IMG/VR virus record: IMGVR_UViG_3300022752_006411
From: an uncultured virus (IMG/VR IMGVR_UViG_3300022752_006411)
Lineage: Duplodnaviria > Heunggongvirae > Uroviricota > Caudoviricetes
Length of the DNA stretch: 20,000 nucleotides
Strand: one strand, 5' to 3'
The translations under genes were made by a program, and so were the position numbers. Positions 1-7,928 of this stretch are shown piece by piece (position 1 is the stretch's first letter; every line of letters begins with the position of its first letter). The notes beneath the pieces were generated by a model. It saw nothing but the letters and a program-made list of their open reading frames with translations. It did not search any database and had not been told where the DNA came from.

Positions 1-665
1 TAAATAGTTGGCTTTTCGTTCTCTAGAGGCTCGTACAAATTAACTACAGTCTTTCGCACAGTTGATTTCATAACACCTTCTTCGTCAACAATTTTTGTTG
101 GAAGTTGAGTTTCAAAAGTCTTAAAGGGACTTCTTGCAACCAAAGGAACATTATTAAACAAAACTTTGACTTCCTTTGGAATCAATATTTGCCCCAAAAG
201 AACCTTGAGTTTTTCAAATTCTTCTCTGGACATCTCCATTATTCCTTTGACTTTAGTTCCAATGGATCTTTTTTGTCTTGGATTATAGTGTCTGCCTCTA
301 TCGTCAAAGATAACAGTCCCAGTTGTAGTTTCTATCGAAGCCTCTCTACACAAAGAAAGCCAAAGTTTGCAACCGAAATTAAATTGACCACTTTGAAGAG
401 GATTACTTCTTTTATAAGACTCGGCAAACAATGTATAAGAATGATGAAGGTATTCGCCATAACCTCTAGGGCTGTTATCTTCAACGCAAACTTCAACTAA
501 AGATTTGTAAGGAACGGGAGTTGCTGTTATTTTTACTTCATTGACGCCAGAAAACCTTTCGTCAATTGCATTAGAAATCAACTCAATAAAAATATATTCA
601 GGGCCACGTTCCTTGGCCTGTTTGTTCAATCCATTTTTGTCGGCTTCAAACCATTTTGTAGTCAT
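1..665 (-). CDS. GHKL (HATPase_c)-family ATPase, N-terminal part; runs off the window edge (not in ORF track)
   Basis: Manual translation from ATG at 665: MTTKWFEADKNGLNKQAKERGPEYIFIELISNAIDERF...VEDNSPRGYG...SGQFNFGCKL...TTTG..., open to position 3. ELISNAID is the N-box (ExxxNAxD), DNSPRG a divergent G1 box and GQFNFGCK a G2-like box. Confidence 0.8.
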   Translation of the reverse strand, partial: MTTKWFEADKNGLNKQAKERGPEYIFIELISNAIDERFSGVNEVKITATPVPYKSLVEVCVEDNSPRGYGEYLHHSYTLFAESYKRSNPLQSGQFNFGCKLWLSLCREASIETTTGTVIFDDRGRHYNPRQKRSIGTKVKGIMEMSREEFEKLKVLLGQILIPKEVKVLFNNVPLVARSPFKTFETQLPTKIVDEEGVMKSTVRKTVVNLYEPLENEKPTI

Positions 666-745
666 AAAAAATTCCATTAAATAATTTAATTTATACTCGC
701 ACAACAAAAATAGACCTAACAAAATTTGTTTTTTATAATTTACTG

Positions 746-773
746 TTGATTTTTTATAAAATCATAATATAAT
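746..773 (+). promoter_or_regulatory. sigma70-type promoter, probably leaderless transcript
   Basis: TTGATT(746-751)-16 nt-TATAAT(768-773); ATG at 780 follows 6 nt later with no SD. Confidence 0.6.
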
Positions 774-779
774 AAAAAT

Positions 780-1475
780 ATGGAAAGAGTAAGCGTTTCA
801 AATGGCGACTTGCCTGTTTTGTTAGTTGCTCCACATGGAGCAGATGACATAAATACAGACTACATAGTAGACAGAATATCCTCGGAAATGGGGTTGTTTT
901 CGGTCATAAATAGAGGTTGGAAAAAATCAAAAAAAGTAGATTATTACCAAGATTTAGCCAATTGCAACAACATAAAGCACATACACGAAGAAGTTATAAA
1001 AGATGAATTTTTAGATCCAATATTAAAATCAGTCGCTAAAATTCAAAAAAAATTAGATGAACGAGTTTATGTGTTTTATCTGCATGGATGCTCAGACAAT
1101 GTTCGTTTAGAAGCCAGCGATGACAATTTAGACATTATTGTCGGCTACGGAAACGGAAGTCCATCTTCGCACAGTTGTAATCTAAAATACAAAGATGCAT
1201 TTATACACTTTTTACAAGAACAATCTTTTGGAGTTTATGAGGGGAAAAAAGGCGGAAATTTTTCTGGTCGTTCAAAAAACAACATAAATCAATTATTTAG
1301 ATTGTGGCATAATAATGAAAATGTTCATTCCATGCAAATTGAAATTGTGAATGAAATGAGGACTGAGGAGGAACTTATTGAAATTTGCTGTGATGGGCTA
1401 ATATCAGCCATTGATGATTTGATTATGTTTGATGACACAACTAAAATACCAAAAATAAAAGTAAGCAGTATTTAA
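780..1475 (+). CDS. Zn-dependent amidohydrolase, N-formylglutamate amidohydrolase / poly-gamma-glutamate hydrolase-like fold
   Basis: 231 aa; LLVAPHG..D..T, YLHG, IIVGYG and MQIEI motifs match the FGase/PghP (M14-like) pattern. Confidence 0.6.
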   Translation: MERVSVSNGDLPVLLVAPHGADDINTDYIVDRISSEMGLFSVINRGWKKSKKVDYYQDLANCNNIKHIHEEVIKDEFLDPILKSVAKIQKKLDERVYVFYLHGCSDNVRLEASDDNLDIIVGYGNGSPSSHSCNLKYKDAFIHFLQEQSFGVYEGKKGGNFSGRSKNNINQLFRLWHNNENVHSMQIEIVNEMRTEEELIEICCDGLISAIDDLIMFDDTTKIPKIKVSSI

Positions 1476-1476
1476 A

Positions 1477-1514
1477 TGCGTTGCAAAACCCTTTTTACAG
1501 GGTTTTGCAACGCA
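1477..1514 (-). terminator. 16-bp perfect inverted repeat between convergent genes (GTAAAA loop on minus strand)
   Basis: TGCGTTGCAAAACCCT-ttttac-AGGGTTTTGCAACGCA; only a short U-tract, so not a textbook intrinsic terminator. Confidence 0.65.
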
Positions 1515-1528
1515 CTCAAAAAAATAAA

Positions 1529-1846
1529 CTACGAATTGATAATCTTGAAAACGATATCAAGGTTCTTCTTTGCGACGTTCAAATCTCCACCAACAGAATT
1601 GAGAAGATTCTTGGCAAAAACCCAAGAAGAAACATCATGGTTCTTCTTGGCCGCCTTGGCAGCATAACTACGACGATTTTTCTTCATCGAAGTCTTAACC
1701 TGATAAACCAACTGCTTGGTTACACTTACTCCCTTGGCCTTCAAAGCCTCCATAACAGCAGCAGGCGACTTATCAGCCTCCGAAGAAGCAGTGCTAATAT
1801 GTTCACGAATCATTTCCGAACGGCTCTTTTCAGTCTTCTTTGACAT
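1529..1846 (-). CDS. small basic putative DNA-binding/nucleoid-associated protein (paralogue 1)
   Basis: 105 aa, K/A-rich; KSRSEMIREH...SPAAVMEALKAKGVSVTKQLVYQVK...FAKNLLNSVGGDLNVAKKNL; SD AAGGAG upstream. Confidence 0.75.
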   Translation of the reverse strand: MSKKTEKSRSEMIREHISTASSEADKSPAAVMEALKAKGVSVTKQLVYQVKTSMKKNRRSYAAKAAKKNHDVSSWVFAKNLLNSVGGDLNVAKKNLDIVFKIINS

Positions 1847-1869
1847 AACTTTCTCCTTGAATAATCGAA

Positions 1870-2187
1870 CTAATTTAACAATTTAGAAACCACTTCTAAA
1901 TTGATTTTTGCTAAAGAAAGATTGTTGTCGCAAGAATTAAGCAGCCTTTTGGCAAAACTTAATTTTTCTATTGCACAATCTTTCTTCTTCTTATTTCTAA
2001 TGCAAATCGACTTTTTCCTAAGTTTTAGCTTGACCATCCCTACATGATGAACAGTTACAACAACGCCCTTCTTTTTCAAGGCTTTTACAACTTGACTTGG
2101 AGAACCCTTAGAGTCAGGGTTGGACTTTACGTTCAAGTTGCATTTTATGCTTCTTAAGTATTGTCTAATTTTTTCAGACCTGTTCAT
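1870..2187 (-). CDS. small basic putative DNA-binding/nucleoid-associated protein (paralogue 2)
   Basis: Likely start ATG at 2187 (MNRSEKIRQYL); aligns with paralogue 1: SPSQVVKALKKKGVVVTVHHVGMVK...FAKRLLNSCDNNLSLAKINL. Confidence 0.75.
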   Translation of the reverse strand: MNRSEKIRQYLRSIKCNLNVKSNPDSKGSPSQVVKALKKKGVVVTVHHVGMVKLKLRKKSICIRNKKKKDCAIEKLSFAKRLLNSCDNNLSLAKINLEVVSKLLN

Positions 2188-2192
2188 AAAAT

Positions 2193-3236
2193 TCACTTTT
2201 TATAAGAACTCTCAATTTCTTCGTCGGAAGGCCCAGACCCACCAACAATAGTGGATCTGGCCTCTCCCATGAGTCTATCGTTTCTAACGTCAGGGGTGTC
2301 GGAAACAGCAAACTTGACAGAGCGACAGAAGTGAATTGGAGAAAACATTTTCAAAATCGCGCACAATTCTTCATAGGAATCTGCGTAGTTGCAAACCCTA
2401 TCGAGAAACTTGGTTCCATCAACCAATTGCGGATAAAACTTGGTGTGAGACTCAACATTTTGCTTGATTGAAACCCAACCTTCATTAGTTATTCCCTTGA
2501 GCATATCAATTTTTGCCTTATCAGACAAACTATTTCCATCTTCATCCATACCATTGATTACCTGAAAAAGAATCTCAGATGCGGAAATCTGCACATCACT
2601 CGCAGGCTCCAACTTGCCCTCAGAAAACCTACCATAAAGAAGATCAGTAAAATTCAAACTCCACTGAGGAACAAAACTAACTTCTTTAGCAATAAGATTC
2701 TTGGAGTTTTCCAAACTAACACCAAGATCAACAAGGCCACGAAGCATTGCGTCTTCTGGGGTTTCTTCCTCAGAAGGCTGGGGCGTGTTGATCTTAATCT
2801 TAGAGCCAGAAATAACCATGAAAAGACCTTCGGCATCAAGGCGACCTTCCGAATTCATTACCTTGATGGATGGATTCTTGGGCTGAGACTTGCTGTTCCA
2901 AAGAGCCTGCTTGTATTTTTCCATAATTGCAGAATAAATATCTTCAGTTTGAGACTTCTGGCTTGCCTCAAACATATCACATAATTCTCTTGTGGCCGCA
3001 AAAGTCACAAACTTCTGCTGAGTCTCTTCATCAATATCAACAACAGGACGGTCAGAAGGCTTAACCTCTTTTGTAGAGGGCTTGACCTTGGACTTGAAAA
3101 CATCAATCAACTTACTCTTTTTGGTAGGAGCAGGAGCGTCACGGTCAACGGCCATAGGAATAGAGTGAACAACCTTGTCCTTCTTTTCAGAAGGGGTCTT
3201 GGAAGCCTTAGAAGTCTTGCTGGTTTCTTTACTCAT
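2193..3236 (-). CDS. hypothetical protein with K/S/P-rich disordered N-terminus
   Basis: 347-aa ORF, SD (AGGGAG) upstream, visibly more GC-rich than its neighbours; no family recognised. Confidence 0.8.
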   Translation of the reverse strand: MSKETSKTSKASKTPSEKKDKVVHSIPMAVDRDAPAPTKKSKLIDVFKSKVKPSTKEVKPSDRPVVDIDEETQQKFVTFAATRELCDMFEASQKSQTEDIYSAIMEKYKQALWNSKSQPKNPSIKVMNSEGRLDAEGLFMVISGSKIKINTPQPSEEETPEDAMLRGLVDLGVSLENSKNLIAKEVSFVPQWSLNFTDLLYGRFSEGKLEPASDVQISASEILFQVINGMDEDGNSLSDKAKIDMLKGITNEGWVSIKQNVESHTKFYPQLVDGTKFLDRVCNYADSYEELCAILKMFSPIHFCRSVKFAVSDTPDVRNDRLMGEARSTIVGGSGPSDEEIESSYKK

Positions 3237-3369
3237 TTGTTTCTCCCTAATTTTTAGTTTTTCTTTCTTTCTTTCCTTTGTTCATTTCGACACAACTAAG
3301 AAAGATCTCAAACAAACCTTGTTATGGGCCACCTATTTTTATTTTAGAATTATTTTTCTCCGATTCAAG

Positions 3370-3398
3370 ATGGTAGATCAAGAAATCAAAGATGTAAA
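3370..3398 (-). promoter_or_regulatory. possible sigma70 promoter for the 3236-2187-1846 operon
   Basis: Minus strand TTTACA-17 nt-TACCAT. Confidence 0.4.
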
Positions 3399-3536
3399 GC
3401 AGGTGCTTATTTTTTTAAATTTAATTAATTAAAATTAATTCTTTTATGCAGCCATTATAAAGACCTTGCACAAAAAATGTCTCATAAATAAATGATAATT
3501 GAAAATTAGCATTTATTTATACTATTTTAGTTCATT

Positions 3537-3743
3537 ATGATATTGGAAACAGCATTTTTTTTAAATTTTGATTTGAAAGCCGAAATAACAAAAGACTTAA
3601 ATAAAGAAAAGTACAAATTAGTCGAAGATAAATTTGTGCAAGCAGAAAAAGAAAGAGATATAGAAACAGAAAGACTTTTTTTAGAGTTATTTAAAGTTTT
3701 AGAAAAAGAACAAAGAGAATTTATTCCAACTTTTAACAAATAA
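3537..3743 (+). CDS. small hypothetical protein (charged, helical)
   Basis: 68-aa E/K-rich ORF filling a gap; no clear SD. Confidence 0.4.
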   Translation: MILETAFFLNFDLKAEITKDLNKEKYKLVEDKFVQAEKERDIETERLFLELFKVLEKEQREFIPTFNK

Positions 3744-3954
3744 ATTTCATAGAAGATTTGCATTCATCTAATAATGATTCTGTATGAAAAAACATTTGAG
3801 ACTTTGAGCTTTCATCATCTTTTATTTCTTCTGTACCAACTATTATAAACTTTCCAATCTCTTTATGCTTCCTGACCACCCGCATTGCCGCTTGCTTATG
3901 ACTGCTGGCGTTTTGAGTTGTTACAACAGATCCTGTTTGAACATGATACAACAT
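3733..3954 (-). CDS. small hypothetical protein
   Basis: Start revised to ATG at 3954 (MLYHVQTGS..., 73 aa), with SD AAGGGAG upstream. The ORF-track TTG at 4011 is the -35 box of its promoter. Confidence 0.7.
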   Translation of the reverse strand: MLYHVQTGSVVTTQNASSHKQAAMRVVRKHKEIGKFIIVGTEEIKDDESSKSQMFFHTESLLDECKSSMKFIC

Positions 3955-3982
3955 TGTTTTTTCTCCCTTATTTTCAAGGAAG

Positions 3983-4011
3983 ATTGTATCAAAATTTATA
4001 AATTTTGTCAA
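3983..4011 (-). promoter_or_regulatory. sigma70-type promoter
   Basis: TTGACA-17 nt-TACAAT on the minus strand. Confidence 0.75.
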
Positions 4012-4024
4012 GTTTTTTTATTGC

Positions 4025-4987
4025 TCAAGTTACAATATTTTTTAAATACCAATCTATTGTCTCTGTAAATCTTTGTTCTAAATTAGAACATTCCATTTCT
4101 TCTGTTTCGTCTAAAACAGAAGTCTTATTATACCCTTCAACTTGTTCTATGTTGCAATCGAAACCTTTTTCTTTTAGTATAGATTTCCAACAACTAGACC
4201 AATGGTAATTAGAATTTATTTTTTTACATCCTATATGAATAACACATTCATATTTTTTTGGAAAACAAAGAATGTCAGCAATAATTTTTACAGTATCAAC
4301 AACAGGAGTCCATTGATAAATACTTTTGTCTATTTTTATAGTTTGATTATTTATAGACTTAAAAATAAAGTCCGGAAGCGTTTTATCTAATTGTTGTCTA
4401 GGCCCAAATTGATCTGCGATTCGTATTATTTTTACATTTATATTATCTTTTACAGATGATAAAAACATGTCTTGACATGCTTTTGAAGCAGAAAAAGAAT
4501 TTGTTGGATTGAATGGAGAATTTTTACCAAATCTAAAATTTCCTTCTTCAGAATAAAGTGCTTCTCCATAAACTTTACCAGTGGATATTTGAATAAAATT
4601 TTTTATATTTTTATAGCCTATTAATTTACATAAATTACATGCTATATTTGAATTATTATTAAATAAATCAAAATCTGTTGCGGCATTAATATCTGATGCA
4701 AAGTTTATTATGTCTGTTTCTGTAGACCACTTTATTCCATATTGAATGTCTATGGTGTTGTTTATATCTTTTCTTAAAAAGACAAAACTTTTATTTGAAT
4801 AATTTTTTATAAATGAGTTTATTAAATCATTATGAAAATTAAAATTAAATCTAGAAGAACGGTTTATTTTGTCTAAAAAATAAACCATTTTATAATCGCA
4901 TAATATGTCAGGTCGCTCAAGCAAATGCTCTAAAAAATTTATGCCCACAAAACCAGCAGAGCCGGTTATTATAAGTTTTTTTGTCAT
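4025..4987 (-). CDS. NAD-dependent epimerase/dehydratase, RmlB (dTDP-glucose 4,6-dehydratase)-like, catalytic residues substituted
   Basis: TGSAGFVG Rossmann motif, ISTGKVYG (cf. ISTDEVYG), NSFSASKA (cf. SPYSASKA), FGPRQ. Confidence 0.75.
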   Translation of the reverse strand: MTKKLIITGSAGFVGINFLEHLLERPDILCDYKMVYFLDKINRSSRFNFNFHNDLINSFIKNYSNKSFVFLRKDINNTIDIQYGIKWSTETDIINFASDINAATDFDLFNNNSNIACNLCKLIGYKNIKNFIQISTGKVYGEALYSEEGNFRFGKNSPFNPTNSFSASKACQDMFLSSVKDNINVKIIRIADQFGPRQQLDKTLPDFIFKSINNQTIKIDKSIYQWTPVVDTVKIIADILCFPKKYECVIHIGCKKINSNYHWSSCWKSILKEKGFDCNIEQVEGYNKTSVLDETEEMECSNLEQRFTETIDWYLKNIVT

Positions 4988-6009
4988 TTCGATATTTTTT
5001 TAATAGATTCCTCAAATGTAAAACCTCTATCTTGATATTGTTTAACTGTTAAGATTTGATCTAAATTCATACCTAGCAAAGATTTGGCCTTGTCATCAGA
5101 TCCGAATATATCTAGTATTGTTTGTATATTTGGATTAGAAAATTCAATCACATACTTAAATCTGCTTGGCCTATCTTTTAGAGAGTTATCTACCTTAGAA
5201 AGATCATTGACTGTCATTATGAAAATGACATTCTCGTAGGTGTTATAAATTCCATCTAAAGCATTTAATATTATATCAAAAGTAAATTTTACATTCTTGT
5301 TGTCTTCCCCAATCAAACATTTTCTACAATTAAAATAATTATCAAAATCTTCAAATAAAACTATGCAATCATTAGGAATTTGAGAAAACAATAAAAGCAA
5401 TTCATAATTATTCCAATCAGGACTTAAAGTTATAATTTTTATCGGCAATCTGTATTCAAAAGCCAAATATTTTACAAAACTGGTCTTGCCATTCCCAGGA
5501 TTCCCATAAAAAATTGCACTAGTTTTTATCTTGCTTTTGATTTCATTTTCAAAATCCAAACATAAATTATTAGTAATTATTGGTTTTCTTGCGCTCTTTA
5601 GTTGTCCAATTTTATCAGATTGATATGGTATTAAAGTATCAACAGGTATAGAGGTATTTTTTTCATGAAAACTTTTAAGAAACTCTTTAAATTTTTTATA
5701 ACTTGTTCTAAATAAAATTATTTTTGTAACATAATCTTTGGCTGTCCAGCCGGCAGTCATCAATCTTTCTTCATGTGTCAAATAAAAACAAGGACATCCT
5801 TTTAAGAAACAAATAGCAGTAAAAACAATTGGATATTTTTTTTCATGAGTAAACTCTTCTTCTAAAAGAATGATTTTATTATTTTTACACAAATCGTAAA
5901 TTATTTTAAATGAATTCTCATCTATTCTAACATCAATAAGAATAACATATCTAAAAAAAGTCCATGCCGTAAATGCAGAAGCAAGTACGGTGAAAATATT
6001 AGAAAACAT
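4984..6009 (-). CDS. AAA+ ATPase, BCS1-like, with N-terminal hydrophobic anchor
   Basis: Walker A GNPGNGKTS, Walker B VLFEDFD, LNALDG, sensor-1 MTVN, SRH DNSLKDRPSRF; N-terminal hydrophobic helix. Confidence 0.8.
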   Translation of the reverse strand: MFSNIFTVLASAFTAWTFFRYVILIDVRIDENSFKIIYDLCKNNKIILLEEEFTHEKKYPIVFTAICFLKGCPCFYLTHEERLMTAGWTAKDYVTKIILFRTSYKKFKEFLKSFHEKNTSIPVDTLIPYQSDKIGQLKSARKPIITNNLCLDFENEIKSKIKTSAIFYGNPGNGKTSFVKYLAFEYRLPIKIITLSPDWNNYELLLLFSQIPNDCIVLFEDFDNYFNCRKCLIGEDNKNVKFTFDIILNALDGIYNTYENVIFIMTVNDLSKVDNSLKDRPSRFKYVIEFSNPNIQTILDIFGSDDKAKSLLGMNLDQILTVKQYQDRGFTFEESIKKISK

Positions 6010-6021
6010 TTATTAGTTGAT

Positions 6022-6291
6022 TTAAATTGTGTTGTACTTAGAAAGAGCTTCAAAAATAGAAACTAATTGTTTTTCTCCAAAATTAGAAAAAGACAACAAA
6101 GTTTCTTTTTTTTGAGCTAAAAGATGGCCAAGATTAGTGATTCCATTCGATTCAAGAAGATTTATTAATCTTTGCTTAACTCCCAGTTGTTCCAAATTTG
6201 AAATTGAATGATTTTCTTCAACTCCAATTTTTATTGCCTCCAAAGCTTCGTTTGAAATTTCAGGAAGCGAATTAAAACACTTGGTCTTCAT
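6022..6291 (-). CDS. stand-alone RNA polymerase alpha-subunit C-terminal domain (alpha-CTD)-like protein
   Basis: SISNLEQLGVKQRLINLLESNGITNLGHLLAQKKETLLSFSNFGEKQLVSIFEAL matches the alpha-CTD pattern (I..L.LS.R..N.L...GI..v.dL......L....N.G.KSL.EI...L). Confidence 0.75.
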   Translation of the reverse strand: MKTKCFNSLPEISNEALEAIKIGVEENHSISNLEQLGVKQRLINLLESNGITNLGHLLAQKKETLLSFSNFGEKQLVSIFEALSKYNTI

Positions 6292-6316
6292 TTTTATTCT
6301 CCCAGAAGGAAGAATA

Positions 6317-6344
6317 ATTATAAATCATTATAAGGATTTGTCAA
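6317..6344 (-). promoter_or_regulatory. consensus sigma70 promoter
   Basis: TTGACA-16 nt-TATAAT on the minus strand, upstream of the alpha-CTD/AAA/RmlB-like operon. Confidence 0.75.
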
Positions 6345-6356
6345 GACCAAATTGTG

Positions 6357-6590
6357 TCAAAACCAATATTTATTGGCTTTTTCTAATATGTCTTTATTTA
6401 CACAAATAACAGAGTCTCCAATTACCGAATCCACATTGCATTTTGGACACAAGGCAGTTTCGTTATTGTCAATCCAACCAACAACTTCTTTGGGCTCAAA
6501 AATACTCAAACAATAATAGCAACCACACATTTCCGAATTTTCTAAATATATTTTATTTCTTATGCTATATTTAGAAATTAGATTCATCAT
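6357..6590 (-). CDS. small Cys-rich Zn-ribbon protein
   Basis: CGCYYC...WID...TALCPKCNVDSVIGD...YWF; start moved to ATG at 6590 to avoid overlap with clpX. Confidence 0.7.
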   Translation of the reverse strand: MMNLISKYSIRNKIYLENSEMCGCYYCLSIFEPKEVVGWIDNNETALCPKCNVDSVIGDSVICVNKDILEKANKYWF

Positions 6591-6603
6591 GTCTTCGTTT
6601 TTA

Positions 6604-7878
6604 TCACGCGGCACTTTTTGACTTGAAAACACTTTCTTCTCCCTTCACAATACTGTCGGTAATTATCATTTTCTTCAATTTGAACTCAGACAACTCAAAA
6701 GTTATTGGATTCATAATCTTGGTAACAACTCTTCTCAACGCTCTAGCTCCAGTCTTTTCTTTGATTGCCATTCTAGCAATTTCTCTAATCGCTCCGTCTG
6801 TGAACTCAAGTTCTATTCCGCTATACAAAAATTGCTTTTTATACTGCTTTAACAAGGCATTCTTGGGTTCGGTCAAAACATGAACAAGTTCATCTTCGGA
6901 CAACTCCTCCAAACAAGTTTGAATTGGAAGTCTACCAATAAATTCAGGGATCATTCCAAATTCAACAAGATCTTCTGATCTTATCTGTTTCAATAGATCA
7001 TTTTTGCTTAATTCTTTTGCAGACTCAGAAGATCCAAATCCAATAGACTTTTTGCCTAGTCTTTTGCTGATTATATCTTCGACTCCAACAAAAGTTCCTC
7101 CACAAATAAACAATATATTTGATGTGTTTACCTGTAAGAACTCTTGTTCCGGGTGCTTTCTTCCGCCAACAGGAGGAACATTACAAGTTGTCCCTTCAAG
7201 CATCTTCAACAAGGCTTGCTGAACTCCCTCGCCAGAAACATCCCTGGTTATAGAGACATTGCCGCTAGATCTGCCGATCTTATCAATTTCGTCAATATAC
7301 AAAATTCCCATTTCTGCTTTTGATATATCCATGTCAGCAGCCCTAACCAATCTAAGGAGAAGATTTTCAACGTCTTCTCCGACATATCCAGCTTCAGTGA
7401 CAGTTGTGGCATCTCCAATGGCAAAAGGAACGTCTAAAATCTTGGCTAACGTAGAGGCCAGCAAAGTTTTGCCAGAGCCAGTTGGGCCAATCATAAGAAC
7501 ATTACTTTTATCAATTTGAGTGTCAGCAAGTTCTTTGTCTTCAATAGTCTTAGACAAGTCTTTGTCCATGAGCCTTACGTAATGATTGTAAACGCTAACG
7601 GCCAAGTTCTTTTTGGCCTCATCTTGACCGCAAATATACTCATCTAATTTCTTAACAATGTCTTTGGGAGAAGACAACTTAATGCCTCCAGACTTTTTTG
7701 AAGATTTTAAAGAAGAAAGTTTTCTCTCCATGATTTGGGAGGCAGTGTGGATACAATCTTCGCAAATGTAAGATTTTTCAGCAGGGCCACCTTCAATCAA
7801 TGGCCCAATTTCTTTAGAAGCCTTCCCGCAAAAATTACATTTCTTTTCTTCACAACTTTTTGTGCTTTTCTTTGCCAT
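6604..7878 (-). CDS. clpX: ATP-dependent Clp protease ATP-binding subunit ClpX
   Basis: C4 zinc-binding domain (CNFC/CEDC), GPTGSGKT, GYVGEDVE pore loop, YIDEIDK, RDVSGEGVQQALLK, RKHP, IGF ClpP-docking loop, TGARALR. Confidence 0.97.
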   Translation of the reverse strand: MAKKSTKSCEEKKCNFCGKASKEIGPLIEGGPAEKSYICEDCIHTASQIMERKLSSLKSSKKSGGIKLSSPKDIVKKLDEYICGQDEAKKNLAVSVYNHYVRLMDKDLSKTIEDKELADTQIDKSNVLMIGPTGSGKTLLASTLAKILDVPFAIGDATTVTEAGYVGEDVENLLLRLVRAADMDISKAEMGILYIDEIDKIGRSSGNVSITRDVSGEGVQQALLKMLEGTTCNVPPVGGRKHPEQEFLQVNTSNILFICGGTFVGVEDIISKRLGKKSIGFGSSESAKELSKNDLLKQIRSEDLVEFGMIPEFIGRLPIQTCLEELSEDELVHVLTEPKNALLKQYKKQFLYSGIELEFTDGAIREIARMAIKEKTGARALRRVVTKIMNPITFELSEFKLKKMIITDSIVKGEESVFKSKSAA

Positions 7879-7928
7879 AAATTACTCCTTAATTTAATTC
7901 TTGTGGGAAGCGTACAGAGCATTATAGG

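Noticed and set aside
105..500. ORF-track 131-aa plus-strand ORF
   Set aside because: Shadow of the minus-strand GHKL ATPase, which has recognisable motifs.
3408..3445. AT-only palindromic stretch (TTTAATTAATTAAA) as an origin or operator
   Set aside because: Expected by chance in such AT-rich DNA; no iterons or DnaA boxes recognised.
3492..3743. TAG-to-Gln recoding: ATG at 3492 is in frame with the 3537 ORF across two TAGs and would add a hydrophobic N-terminus
   Set aside because: Long genes here are not interrupted by TAG, and TAG ends genes at sensible places (1529, 9931, 18367, 19832, two of them just before hairpins). The standard code fits.
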